Below, one piece after another: positions 12,651 through 22,282 of a stretch of DNA of 64,000 nt. The position numbers and the translations under genes were made by a program. Position 1 is the first letter of the stretch. Every line of letters begins with the position of its first letter. The DNA comes from Candidatus Giovannonibacteria bacterium (lineage in GTDB: Bacteria > Patescibacteriota > Minisyncoccia > JACPKW01 > UBA11713): positions 12,851 through 76,850 of the forward strand of contig JAHFOJ010000001.1 in NCBI GenBank assembly GCA_023266875.1, given 5' to 3'. The notes under the pieces were generated by a model. It saw only the letters and a list, made by a program, of their open reading frames with translations. It was not told the origin of the DNA and made no database searches.

Positions 12651-13139
12651 TTAAGCTCGCTGCCACTCGATTTTTTCCCCGCTGCGCCTTTTTTCAGCCA
12701 TTACAAGCTCATCGAATATCCCATCAATCAATTGATAACCTTTTGCTTCCTCAAGCGTAACTCAAGTAAATTCCACTGTCTCTTCCGGCTGAAGCTTTAT
12801 ATCGCCTGATACATAATCAGCAACACATGAAATCACAAGCGAAGGTGCACCGTCTTGATGTACAGTCGCAAGACTCGTTACATAATCTACGTTAGAAATT
12901 TCAATCCCGACTTCTTCTTTAACTTCGCGCTCAAGAGCGCGCTCAAGAACATTATACCAATAGTGCTCCGTATCCTTAGGAAGTGCTAAATAGTCATCGG
13001 TCTCAAGTCGCCCTCCTGGAACCGTCCACATTCCCGGGAAGCGTTTTTTTGTTGGAGAACGCTTGGTAATTAAATATCTTCCGTCTTTCACGACGATCGC
13101 AGTCATAACTACTTCATGTAAATATTGATTTTCTGACAT
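12651..13139 (-). pseudogene. NUDIX hydrolase interrupted by an in-frame TGA at 12762-12764
   Basis: Nudix box PGGRLE...REVKEEVG; the frame continues past the TGA as VTLEEAKGYQLIDGIFDEL...WQRA* to 12651. Confidence 0.75.
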
Positions 13140-13152
13140 ATTGATTTATATT

Positions 13153-13368
13153 CTACATTAACCACTGCACGCGTCCAACCGTGCCGTCGGTCAGTCTAAC
13201 TTTAATACCTCGCGGGTGCGAAACACCGGGACTTAATACTTCCTTCACGATCCCCTGCTTATAATTAGTCGTGCCATAATTTTCTTTCTCGATAATCCAA
13301 ACCGCGCTCCCAGGTTTAATTTGTGAGCGAGCCGGCGGATTCGGATTATCGTGTTTATCTTGCATCAT
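13153..13368 (-). CDS. YwbE (DUF2196) family protein
   Basis: R..IKPG..V...K and HPRGIKVRL.DG.VGRV motifs. Confidence 0.85.
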   Translation of the reverse strand: MMQDKHDNPNPPARSQIKPGSAVWIIEKENYGTTNYKQGIVKEVLSPGVSHPRGIKVRLTDGTVGRVQWLM

Positions 13369-13410
13369 TTTTTATCCAAAACCTTGACTTTTCTTATCCT
13401 AATCATCTTT

Positions 13411-16017
13411 TTACTTCCCATGGCACTTTTTATATTTCTTTCCTGACCCGCAAAAACATGGATCGTTTCTGCCGAGTTTATGTCCGTCCTTTGTCTGCTT
13501 TGCGCCTGCGGCTGACAATTTAAACTCTTGGACCGGTAAGGGCGGCGCGACCGTTCTAGATTCGTTTGCGTGAAACACAAGGCTGATGAACTGCGCGCGG
13601 AGCGAGGATTCAAATTCTCGAAATAGACCTATCGCTTCATTTTTGTATTCAACAAGCGGATCACGTTGGCCATATGCACGAAGGCGGACCGATGAACGCA
13701 TGTATTCCATTGCTTCCAGATGCTCGATCCAAAGCGTGTCGTTCGCGCGGAGCAAAAGCTGGCGAATTGTCGGCAAAAAATTCTGCCCCAACTCTGTTTC
13801 TTTCTTGCTGAAAATAGAACTCGCCGCCTCTTCCAGCTTTTCAGTTATTAAATCAGCTGAAATGTTATCCGAAAGCCACGAGAGATCTACGCTTTCTCCA
13901 AAGCGTGCTTTGATATCATCCGAAAGTAATTTTATATCTTTTTCCGGGCTGGCTTCGTATATTTCAGCGATAGTTTTTATCTCTTTCGATATATAATCCT
14001 TCGAAAACTTATTAATTTCTTCATCGGCCCCAAGAAGTAGCTTGCGCCTGCGCTCATAAACCGCCGTCCTTTGCTTATTCATAACATCGTCATATTCAAG
14101 AATATGTTTTCTCGAATCAAAATTGAAACCTTCAATTTTCGCCTGCGCGGATTCAATTGCAGAAGAGACAATGCGCGCCTCCACAGGCTCGTCTTCGGGA
14201 ATGCCAAAACGCCCCATCATGTTTTTGATCCGCTCCGAGCCAAAAATTTTCATCAAATCATCTTCAAGCGACACAAAGAATTGTGTAGCGCCCGAATCCC
14301 CTTGGCGCCCGGAGCGCCCCCGAAGCTGGTCATCAATGCGGCGCGCTTCATGGCGTTCAGTACCAAGTACAAAAAGCCCACCCGCCGCTTTTACCTCCTG
14401 GGCTTCTTTTCCGTCAGGTGGATTCCCGCCCAAAAGAATATCAACTCCGCGGCCCGCCAAGTTTGTGGCAACTGTAACCGCGCCTTTTCGTCCAGCCTGC
14501 GCGATAATTTCCGCTTCGCGTTCGTGGTTTTTCGCGTTTAAAACTTCATGCTTAATTCCTTCTCGATTCAATATTTCCGAAAGGCGCTCATTTTTTTCAA
14601 TCGATACTGTTCCTACAAGCACTGACTGCCCTTTCATAGTTCGCTCTTTAATCTCCCGTGCTACGGCGGTGAATTTACCCTTCTCGGTCTGATAAACTCG
14701 GTCAGGATAGTCTTGCCTTACCATTTCGCGGTTGGTTGGAATTGTAACCACTTCAAGCCCATAAACTTTATGAAATTCCTCTGCCGAGGAAGCGGCAGTT
14801 CCTGTCATCCCAGCTAACTTTTTGTACATTCGAAAATAATTTTGAAAAGTTATTGTCGCGAGCGTCCGCGATTCTTTCTGAACTTCCACTCCTTCTTTCG
14901 CCTCAATCGCCTGATGAAGCCCGTCAGACCACCGGCGCCCGGGCATGAGACGCCCCGTAAATTCGTCAACTATTATAACCTCGCCCTTGCGCACAACATA
15001 GTCGCGGTCAAGTATAAATAAAGCTTTCGCGCGAAGCGCCTGCTCCATATGATGGACATATTTGATGCCCCGCTCGGTGTAAATATTTTGGATGCCGAGA
15101 AGTTTCTCAACCTTTTCAATCCCGGCCTCGGTAACGCTAACCGCTTTGAATTTATTATCAACAGTATAATCTTCACTCTCTTTAAGATTAATCACAACCC
15201 GTGAAAAAATCCTATAGAGTTCCCCAGACTCCACATCGGGAGCAGAAATAATTAATGGAGTTCTTGCCTCGTCAATCAAAATCGAGTCCACTTCGTCCAC
15301 AATCACAAAATTATGTCCCCGCTGTGCAATATCATTTTCAGAATAAGCCATATTGTCGCGTAAATAATCAAATCCAAATTCATTATTAGTTCCATAAGTA
15401 ATATCTGCCTCATATGCCTCACGCCGCGTTACAGGACGTAAAAATTCACGAACGACGCGAAAAGATCCCAAGATATCCCGCTCTCGGTCTTCTTTTTCAT
15501 TCGCTTCATGCTTAGGGTCGTAAAGAAAACTTTCTTCATGGTTTAAAACACCGACAGATATGCCGAGAGCGTGGTAAATTTGCCCCATCCAAACCGCATC
15601 ACGGCGGGAAAGATAATCATTGACCGTAACAATATGGACCCCTCCGGGAATTTTGCCGGACAACGTGTTTAAATAAGCGGGCAAAGTCGCAACCAGTGTT
15701 TTTCCTTCCCCTGTTTTCATCTCTGCGATCTTCCCCTCGTGAAGTACAGACCCGCCAATAAGCTGCACGTTAAAATGGCGCTGGCCAAGCGTCCGCTTTG
15801 CGGCTTCGCGTACTGCGGCAAACGCCTCAGGCAAAATATCATCTAGGGCTTCTCCTTCGCTAACGCGTCTCCTAAACTCGATGGTTTTAGCTTTCAAGTC
15901 TTCCGGCGAAAGTTTTTCAAATTCGGCTTCAAAGTTAGAAACCTTTTGGACCATCGCTCTATAGGCAGTCTTGATCCGCGCGCTTGCATCCCCAAAAATT
16001 CTCGTGATAACACTCAT
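13411..16017 (-). CDS. secA: preprotein translocase ATPase SecA
   Basis: MKTGEGKT, DEVDSILIDEARTPLIIS, QLRGRSGRQGD, C-terminal SEC-C motif GRNDPCFCGSGKKYKKCH. Confidence 0.99.
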   Translation of the reverse strand: MSVITRIFGDASARIKTAYRAMVQKVSNFEAEFEKLSPEDLKAKTIEFRRRVSEGEALDDILPEAFAAVREAAKRTLGQRHFNVQLIGGSVLHEGKIAEMKTGEGKTLVATLPAYLNTLSGKIPGGVHIVTVNDYLSRRDAVWMGQIYHALGISVGVLNHEESFLYDPKHEANEKEDRERDILGSFRVVREFLRPVTRREAYEADITYGTNNEFGFDYLRDNMAYSENDIAQRGHNFVIVDEVDSILIDEARTPLIISAPDVESGELYRIFSRVVINLKESEDYTVDNKFKAVSVTEAGIEKVEKLLGIQNIYTERGIKYVHHMEQALRAKALFILDRDYVVRKGEVIIVDEFTGRLMPGRRWSDGLHQAIEAKEGVEVQKESRTLATITFQNYFRMYKKLAGMTGTAASSAEEFHKVYGLEVVTIPTNREMVRQDYPDRVYQTEKGKFTAVAREIKERTMKGQSVLVGTVSIEKNERLSEILNREGIKHEVLNAKNHEREAEIIAQAGRKGAVTVATNLAGRGVDILLGGNPPDGKEAQEVKAAGGLFVLGTERHEARRIDDQLRGRSGRQGDSGATQFFVSLEDDLMKIFGSERIKNMMGRFGIPEDEPVEARIVSSAIESAQAKIEGFNFDSRKHILEYDDVMNKQRTAVYERRRKLLLGADEEINKFSKDYISKEIKTIAEIYEASPEKDIKLLSDDIKARFGESVDLSWLSDNISADLITEKLEEAASSIFSKKETELGQNFLPTIRQLLLRANDTLWIEHLEAMEYMRSSVRLRAYGQRDPLVEYKNEAIGLFREFESSLRAQFISLVFHANESRTVAPPLPVQEFKLSAAGAKQTKDGHKLGRNDPCFCGSGKKYKKCHGK

Positions 16018-16083
16018 AGAATTTCCATATAATAGCTGAAAAAAGCACAGCTTTCAATTTTCTTATCCGCGTAAAGATTGAGC

Positions 16084-16494
16084 TTATTTCTTTCGAAACC
16101 AGTTTTTTGCGCCGAGCGCCAGAGTCGCAATGCGCATGCGATCTTTCGCGGCTCTCGCGCTCCTCAAAAATTTAGCAAAGCGCTTTTCCTTATATTCGCC
16201 GATTTGCCGCTCAAGCTCATTTTTTGCAACATCGATCGCCGCTTCAATATTTTCTTCAATAACTTCAAGATAGATTGTGCGCTTGTCGTGAGGCAATGGA
16301 ACATTAACCTCACATTTCCATATCTTACCTTCTTCGTGATGTTGAGTTATCTTCGCAAGCTCAACATCAATAAACGATTCCGGTTGGAGATGTTTGCCCA
16401 TACGCCTCACAAGCGGCTTTAAAAGTTTCTCTTGGGCGAGCGTTTCAAGGCCCGGAGTTAAAGAAAAACCAGAAGTTTTTATTCGCAGTCTCAT
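16084..16494 (-). CDS. hpf: ribosome hibernation factor HPF/RaiA family
   Basis: LTPGL...EKL and AAID.AK.ELERQI..YKEK; conserved position upstream of secA. Confidence 0.85.
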   Translation of the reverse strand: MRLRIKTSGFSLTPGLETLAQEKLLKPLVRRMGKHLQPESFIDVELAKITQHHEEGKIWKCEVNVPLPHDKRTIYLEVIEENIEAAIDVAKNELERQIGEYKEKRFAKFLRSARAAKDRMRIATLALGAKNWFRKK

Positions 16495-16537
16495 GATTAA
16501 ATTATATTAATTATAACATCCCTCGTGAAAATATGTT

Positions 16538-17548
16538 TCAATAAGCTGGCAAATTATTTTTAAAACCGATATATTGGATTTCTTCTTCAAGTTGAATTCC
16601 GAATTTAGTGTGAATTCTTTCTTTGATCAAACTTATCAAGGTCACGATTTCTTCGGCACTCGCGCTACCATTATTAATTATGAAATTAGCATGTTTATTA
16701 GAAACCATCGCCCCTCCTATTTTAGTTCCTTTAAGCCCTGCTTCATCAATCAAGTAGCCTGCGGGAATCCCCATATTATTTTCGAATGCTCGCCATTTGG
16801 GAAATCTGGAAAATAAACGCTCCATATCGACATCTTTTCTTGCCCAAAGCACATTTTTAAATACCGATCCCGCAGTTTTTGCTCCTACTTCCTGCGAACT
16901 AGGGTTCCCGCCTTCGCTGAAAAACTCCCGCCAAACTTTAGCACCACCCTGTCCCCTTACTTTTAAAAATTCAGCCAGATGCCTTCGCGCCTCCAAGATA
17001 TTCCCTGACTTCAATTTTAAATAAGCGGAACAGATAATAAGGTCTGGGCGCTTTTTAAACATGCTGTCGCGATAGCCAAAATTGCAAGATTCATTAGATA
17101 CCAATTCAAAATCGAGCTTATTCGCGTTGAAAGCTAATACACTTTGGACGTGATTTTTCATCTCGCTTCCGAAACATCCGGCGTTCCCCCTGATTGATCC
17201 GCCAACTGTCCCTGGCACTCCCACTGCCCATTCAAATCCCACAAGCCCATTTTTCAGCGCAAAGCTGACCACCTCTGCCATTTTTGCCCCCGCTTCCGTA
17301 ATTATCGAATTACCGTCTATAGATATTTTTGAAAACTCCGGCCTCAAAACTAACCCATCAAAGCCGGAATCTGAAACGAGTAAATTCGAGCCTAGCCCCA
17401 AAATATAAAAAGGCAAGCGCTTAGATACTGCCCATTCTATTCCCTCCTTCAGCTCATCTCTAGTTTTGATTCTTAGAAAAAAACGCGCGGGGCCTCCGAT
17501 TTGAAAAACTGTAAATGGTTTAAGCGATATATTTTCTTTAATTTTCAT
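16538..17548 (-). CDS. murB: UDP-N-acetylmuramate dehydrogenase
   Basis: IGGPA, GSNLL, PGTVGG..GNAG, GSVFKN, HANFIIN; start placed at MKIKEN. Confidence 0.97.
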   Translation of the reverse strand: MKIKENISLKPFTVFQIGGPARFFLRIKTRDELKEGIEWAVSKRLPFYILGLGSNLLVSDSGFDGLVLRPEFSKISIDGNSIITEAGAKMAEVVSFALKNGLVGFEWAVGVPGTVGGSIRGNAGCFGSEMKNHVQSVLAFNANKLDFELVSNESCNFGYRDSMFKKRPDLIICSAYLKLKSGNILEARRHLAEFLKVRGQGGAKVWREFFSEGGNPSSQEVGAKTAGSVFKNVLWARKDVDMERLFSRFPKWRAFENNMGIPAGYLIDEAGLKGTKIGGAMVSNKHANFIINNGSASAEEIVTLISLIKERIHTKFGIQLEEEIQYIGFKNNLPAY

Positions 17549-17585
17549 ATTGTCCTGCAACCGCTTATTTTTCTAAAAAGGGCCG

Positions 17586-17719
17586 TGAGGGGAAATCTAT
17601 GACTTCGTTACTCACACACTAGAGAGGGTGATTAGGGCAAACTCCGTGACAACGTCATTTTGTGAGTGCCAGCTAATCACCCACCCCAATAAATGAGCAA
17701 TGGGGAGGCAAATGCCTCA
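17586..17719 (-). ncRNA. candidate structured ncRNA (rod-like hairpin, 6S-like architecture)
   Basis: Nested helices UUGCUCAU/GUGAGUAA, UAUUGGGG/CUCUAGUG, GGGUGAUUAG/CUAAUCACCC, GGCA/UGCC, UGAC/GUCA; six G.U pairs form only on the minus strand; preceded by TTACAT-N17-TATGAT. Confidence 0.55.
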
Positions 17720-17765
17720 ACTATCATAACATTAAAATTTCTCCAATGTAAGGGAGTAAAATGCA

Positions 17766-17787
17766 AAATCCCGGTTGCCCGGGATCT
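17766..17787 (-). terminator. intrinsic terminator hairpin with a GCAA loop
   Basis: AGAUCCCGG-GCAA-CCGGGAUUU followed by UGCAUUUU. Confidence 0.7.
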
Positions 17788-17812
17788 TACATAGACGTTG
17801 GCTAAGTCGCCA

Positions 17813-17830
17813 GCCTACCGGCAGGCAGGC
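17813..17830. repeat. short CCTGCC-type palindromic repeat
   Basis: gcctaccggcaggcaggc. Confidence 0.55.
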
Positions 17831-17851
17831 TTTCGCGACACTCACAAAGTA

Positions 17852-17879
17852 ATCATATCAAACTCACAAAAAATGTCAA
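17852..17879 (-). promoter_or_regulatory. sigma70-like promoter with no ORF downstream
   Basis: TTGACA-N16-TATGAT on the minus strand. Confidence 0.55.
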
Positions 17880-17880
17880 A

Positions 17881-19221
17881 TTAACGCCCAGAGCGTGAAA
17901 GTACTGCCGCTATGGTTTTAAGCAAAATCCTTATGTCCAAAAAAAACGAATAATTTTTTATGTAGTAAAGATCGTACTGGATTTTTTCTTCAGCATCATC
18001 TGCCGCGGCATCATTTTCCATATTTATCTGCGCCCAACCGGTTAGCCCCGGCACCACTAAGAGACGCGCCTGATAAAACGGGATGCGACTAGTCAGCTTT
18101 TGGACAAACTCCGGTCGCTCCGGGCGCGGACCGACAAAAGATATATCACCTCTTAAAACATTAATCACTTGCGGGATCTCATCTAAATAGGCGCGGCGCA
18201 TAAACTGTCCAAATTTCGTGTAAACACTTTGAGGTTCTTTATTCCAGCCGATGGTCTCATCGATACTGGTTCGAAATGAAGATCTATATTTTAAAAGTTC
18301 AAAAACTTTTTCTCCCCTGCCGACGCGCTTTTGGCGAAAAAATATCGGGCCGGGCGACTCAATTTTTATCGCAAGAGCGATAAACGGAAAAAGTATAAGC
18401 GCGGGCAAAGAAAAGATTATAGCGAAAATTATGTCGAATATGCGCTTCCAAAGTTCGTACGACCCGTGTCTCCTCATGGTAACATTTTCCAAAAACCAAT
18501 CTTTACGCAGAATAGAAGATGGAATTTTTGCGAATATATCCTCGTAAAAATCGCGAAAGTCGGTAAAGCTGACCTCACTGAAAAGCGCTTCATAAAAAAT
18601 AGATGAATCCGTTTCGGCCTTAAGCAACGAGAAGTCGGCAACGACTAAGGATATGCCGAGCTTTTGCAAATAATCCTGAAATTGCTCTTGGCCTAGAACA
18701 AATTTCTCCTTAAATTCTTGGGCAGAAATAATAGCCATTACTGAAAAACCGTAGAACGGGTGGCGTAAAAGCTCGCCCGCCAGCTTATCCGCTTCCTTGC
18801 CATCGGCTAAAAGTAAAATATTCTCTCCTTTTATATTAAAAAATAAGTATACGATTCTTCTCCAAAACCATAAAAGAATGGGCGAAATTAATAATATCAA
18901 GAATAAATTTGTTTTTGGCGTTATCCTAAAAAACGGGCTCAAATAAAAAATTGAGGCTGCAATCATGCTAGAGATAAACTGTGTTTTAAAAAGTCTGGGA
19001 AGAAAATCTATTTTTTTTACAATAATTTGCCTCGAGTAAAAGCCGGCAATATATAGAGCTAAAAGCCAAATGGTGAAAATTAAAATAAAAGGATAGAAAT
19101 GAGTATAAAATACATCACGGCTTGGAAGCGACAAATAGCGTAAGAAAAGCGCCAGCCATAAAGCGAACACTAAAATCAATATATCGCCAAGAATTAATAT
19201 AATAGTTTTTTTCTTAAACAT
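17881..19221 (-). CDS. polyprenyl-phosphate sugar-1-phosphate transferase (WcaJ/WbaP-like initiating transferase)
   Basis: N-terminal TMs; KRIFD, LDEIPQ..NVL.GD.S.VGPRPE, PGLTGWAQI, DLYYIKN. Confidence 0.95.
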   Translation of the reverse strand: MFKKKTIILILGDILILVFALWLALFLRYLSLPSRDVFYTHFYPFILIFTIWLLALYIAGFYSRQIIVKKIDFLPRLFKTQFISSMIAASIFYLSPFFRITPKTNLFLILLISPILLWFWRRIVYLFFNIKGENILLLADGKEADKLAGELLRHPFYGFSVMAIISAQEFKEKFVLGQEQFQDYLQKLGISLVVADFSLLKAETDSSIFYEALFSEVSFTDFRDFYEDIFAKIPSSILRKDWFLENVTMRRHGSYELWKRIFDIIFAIIFSLPALILFPFIALAIKIESPGPIFFRQKRVGRGEKVFELLKYRSSFRTSIDETIGWNKEPQSVYTKFGQFMRRAYLDEIPQVINVLRGDISFVGPRPERPEFVQKLTSRIPFYQARLLVVPGLTGWAQINMENDAAADDAEEKIQYDLYYIKNYSFFLDIRILLKTIAAVLSRSGR

Positions 19222-19227
19222 GCGTTG

Positions 19228-19899
19228 TTACTTAAATTTATGCAGGATTAAGGATAAAAATGTCTTTATTCCGGTTTTTAAACTCTGCCCTTTGGATAAT
19301 GAATAATTCGTGTAAATCGATTCTATCGGGATTGTTTTAACTCTCGCCTTCAATCTATACAACTCCCCTATAATTTCAGATGATATCTCCATCCTGTCAC
19401 CAAGCGTTTGGAACTTTTTTAAAATGTCGCTCCTAAATCCCCTCAAGCCGGATTGAGTATCTTTGACATAAACTCCAAAAAAAAAGTAACCTAAAATATC
19501 CGCGAATGAATTGTAAATCTTTCTCAAGATCGGTGCATTTTTTGAAAAATCTCTGGCGCCGATTACCGCGTCCACATACCCCGATTTTAACATGGCCAGC
19601 ATAGGCAAAATATCTTTTGCATTATGTTGTCGATCGGCATCAAATGTTATGACAAAATCCGCGCGAAGTTCGAGCGCCTTTTTAAATCCTGTCTGCAAAC
19701 TGGCACCAAGCCCGCGGTTAATAATATGCCGCAAAACGATAGCTCCCGCGTTCTCTGCGACTTCTGCAGTTTTATCCCCCGAACCATCGTCTACTACGAT
19801 AATTGATTTTGTAACAGACATTAAATCCTCGATAACTCGGCGTATCGTGGCTGATTCATTAAATGCCGGGACAACGACTGTTACTAGGGAAGGCTTCAT
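19228..19899 (-). CDS. GT2 polyprenol-phosphate glycosyltransferase (DPM1-like)
   Basis: VPAFNE, VDDGS, FDADRQH, DTQSGLR. Confidence 0.92.
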   Translation of the reverse strand: MKPSLVTVVVPAFNESATIRRVIEDLMSVTKSIIVVDDGSGDKTAEVAENAGAIVLRHIINRGLGASLQTGFKKALELRADFVITFDADRQHNAKDILPMLAMLKSGYVDAVIGARDFSKNAPILRKIYNSFADILGYFFFGVYVKDTQSGLRGFRSDILKKFQTLGDRMEISSEIIGELYRLKARVKTIPIESIYTNYSLSKGQSLKTGIKTFLSLILHKFK

Positions 19900-19969
19900 A
19901 AATTGAATATCTATAATAAGCTTATTTGGTCATATATTCAACGAGCAGAGTAAGAAAGATGTTTCGTCT

Positions 19970-22282
19970 CTATTTTGGCAAAGCGCGCCCTATAGTTTGA
20001 AGAAAATTTTCGGCCTCAATACGGCGCGATGGGTCAAGCTCAAAAACTCGCAGCGCGGCGCGGTAAGCTCCATCTTTATCCCCAGACATAGCTTGGAGAG
20101 CGGCGAATTTTGTATAAACATTTGTAATAGCACTCACATCAAAACCTTTATTTTGACTGTATTCCGCCTCCGCTCTATCAATAAGTATTTTATAAAAATT
20201 GCTTGCTTTATTGTATTTTTTTACTTTAGTGTACGCTTCGACTATATCTTCTATATCATTATCCGAAGTATGCCAACCAGCTTCAGCGGGAATATTCTCG
20301 CGGGGCCAGGAATTCTTACTAAGCCAATCAATTTCTCTAGAAGCTATATCATCGCGTCCGGATAATATCGCGAATGTTGCAAGGTGGCGATGCGCAAGCG
20401 GGAATCTGGGATCGAGAGAAATCGCAGATTCAAGAACTTTAAACGCTTCGTCCATTTTATTTTGATCAATTAGGGCTTGGGACAAGTCAAAATAGATTTG
20501 TTGGCGCTTTGGAGACAGAAAAAGCGCACGCCTCGCGGCAATTTCAGCCGTGGCGGCATACTCAGGATTTAATTTATCCCCTAAAATATAAAGATTTTCC
20601 AAATAGACAAGCCAGCGGGCATTCTCCTGCTCATATGATACATTCCGGCTGATTAGCCGGAGCGCCGTATTAAAATATCTTTTTTCCATTGCAGGCGCGA
20701 GCTTTGAACCGCCGCGCTTTAAATTAAAAACAAGCTCCGCAAAAAATCTCGTGAGCTCCGCATCCATGTAAGCAGGCTCGAGCATAGTTTTTTCATATGC
20801 GTCAATCGCAGAAGCATCATCCGAATTAGCGTATATATTGCTTAGCGCTTCATATGATTTAGCGTTTTTGCCAAGCTGCGCCGCATTTCCCTTCAAAATC
20901 AAAACCAGCGTGGCTAGAGTACCGAGAATAACAATCATAACTTTCAAAAACTCTGGCTTAAAGCCAGCATTTGATAAGGAATTGTTTATGATATGCTGTG
21001 CCACTTCATTATTAGTTCTTGAAACATACGCTAAAACCATCACGATAAATATCAAGACGGTAGCGTTATCAAAAACGAAAGTGTCATTTATTAGATAAGC
21101 AAATCCAAAAGATGTCATAATCGCCTTATCGGTGTAACTCCAAGAATTATTTCTCGCCCAGACATTTCGAAAAATTATCCATAACAAAACAGAAAATAAA
21201 AGGAGGCCCGCGATTCCGAGACTCGAAGTTAAATCCAAAAAGATATTATGAGCGCGGTCGAACCACGGCTCCTGGGCAAAAAGCGCTGGATCATAATATT
21301 TATTAAAAAGAATAATAAAGTTTTCAGGTCCCCAACCGAAAATAGGCCGCTCTTTGATGCCGTTTAAAGCGACGCGCCAGCTTAAAAGTCGCCCCTCAGT
21401 CGTCCGGTCGGAAAGCGAGATACTTGCAATACGCTGAACCGGTGAGAAATTGGCTTTTGCGAGACTGTCTCTAAAAAACCAAACAGATAAAAGCGAGACC
21501 GCGACCAAAACGATAAACGCTGCGCCAATTATTTTCATTTTACGCCGACTAAAAACCCAATATGAAAAATCATGCCGAGAAAAAACAAAAAATAGGGCGA
21601 GAGTGGTTAGCCCGATAGCAATGCCAAGAATCGCGCCGCGTGTTGCCGTCAAAAAAATAACTAAACCGTCGAAAAATGCCGCCGATGCGTAAAAAGCGCT
21701 CTTGAGGCCAAACTTTTTTTCTCTTCCCAAGAGATAAAGCGCAATAAAAAATTGAATCAAGAGAAATGAAGCAAGAAAGGCGGCATTGCCCATGGTTGAC
21801 TCAACCCTGCCGATATTCGTCAAAGTCATTTTTTGCCATACTCCATAGAGAGAAGCCCCAAGGCTTACTAAGATTGAAATATTGAAGTAACGAGCCCAAT
21901 CTTTTTCGTCCCTCATGATTGAAATTAAAATCAAAAAATATAGCCAAAGATGCGCGTATGTAAGAAGCCCCATCATGCGCTCATAATCAGACCAGAAACT
22001 AGCGTGAAATGACTTGCCAAAGTACGCTGAGACAATGCCGCATCCGAGCAATAAAGTCGCAACCCAAAAAACAGAATTAAGTCTGGGACGATATTTTTTG
22101 TAAAATAAGATTAAAGGCAGATAAAAGATAAAAGCAATTTCCAGCAATATTCTGAAATAAAAAGTTTTCGCGCTTGTATAAGGGAAAAACAATCTGCCAG
22201 AAAAAATAAGCGGTGTAGTTAAAATAGCCGCGAGTATTATCACGACCGACCAATATAATATTTTCTCTTTTGGGAACATCAA
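19970..22282 (-). CDS. O-antigen-ligase/O-oligosaccharyltransferase-like membrane protein with C-terminal TPRs
   Basis: STMGN, TRGA, RPIFGWGPENF, DRAHN motifs; about 12 TMs; helical TPR-like tail. Confidence 0.85.
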   Translation of the reverse strand: MMFPKEKILYWSVVIILAAILTTPLIFSGRLFFPYTSAKTFYFRILLEIAFIFYLPLILFYKKYRPRLNSVFWVATLLLGCGIVSAYFGKSFHASFWSDYERMMGLLTYAHLWLYFLILISIMRDEKDWARYFNISILVSLGASLYGVWQKMTLTNIGRVESTMGNAAFLASFLLIQFFIALYLLGREKKFGLKSAFYASAAFFDGLVIFLTATRGAILGIAIGLTTLALFFVFSRHDFSYWVFSRRKMKIIGAAFIVLVAVSLLSVWFFRDSLAKANFSPVQRIASISLSDRTTEGRLLSWRVALNGIKERPIFGWGPENFIILFNKYYDPALFAQEPWFDRAHNIFLDLTSSLGIAGLLLFSVLLWIIFRNVWARNNSWSYTDKAIMTSFGFAYLINDTFVFDNATVLIFIVMVLAYVSRTNNEVAQHIINNSLSNAGFKPEFLKVMIVILGTLATLVLILKGNAAQLGKNAKSYEALSNIYANSDDASAIDAYEKTMLEPAYMDAELTRFFAELVFNLKRGGSKLAPAMEKRYFNTALRLISRNVSYEQENARWLVYLENLYILGDKLNPEYAATAEIAARRALFLSPKRQQIYFDLSQALIDQNKMDEAFKVLESAISLDPRFPLAHRHLATFAILSGRDDIASREIDWLSKNSWPRENIPAEAGWHTSDNDIEDIVEAYTKVKKYNKASNFYKILIDRAEAEYSQNKGFDVSAITNVYTKFAALQAMSGDKDGAYRAALRVFELDPSRRIEAENFLQTIGRALPK

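Noticed and set aside
12762-12764. UGA recoding (genetic code 4 or 25)
   Set aside because: Many conserved genes end at TGA at their expected C-termini, and long ORFs translate intact under code 11.
17634-17672. c-di-GMP-I riboswitch suggested by GGGCAAAC on the plus strand
   Set aside because: No GNRA/receptor second stem, and the G.U pattern and promoter favour a minus-strand structure.
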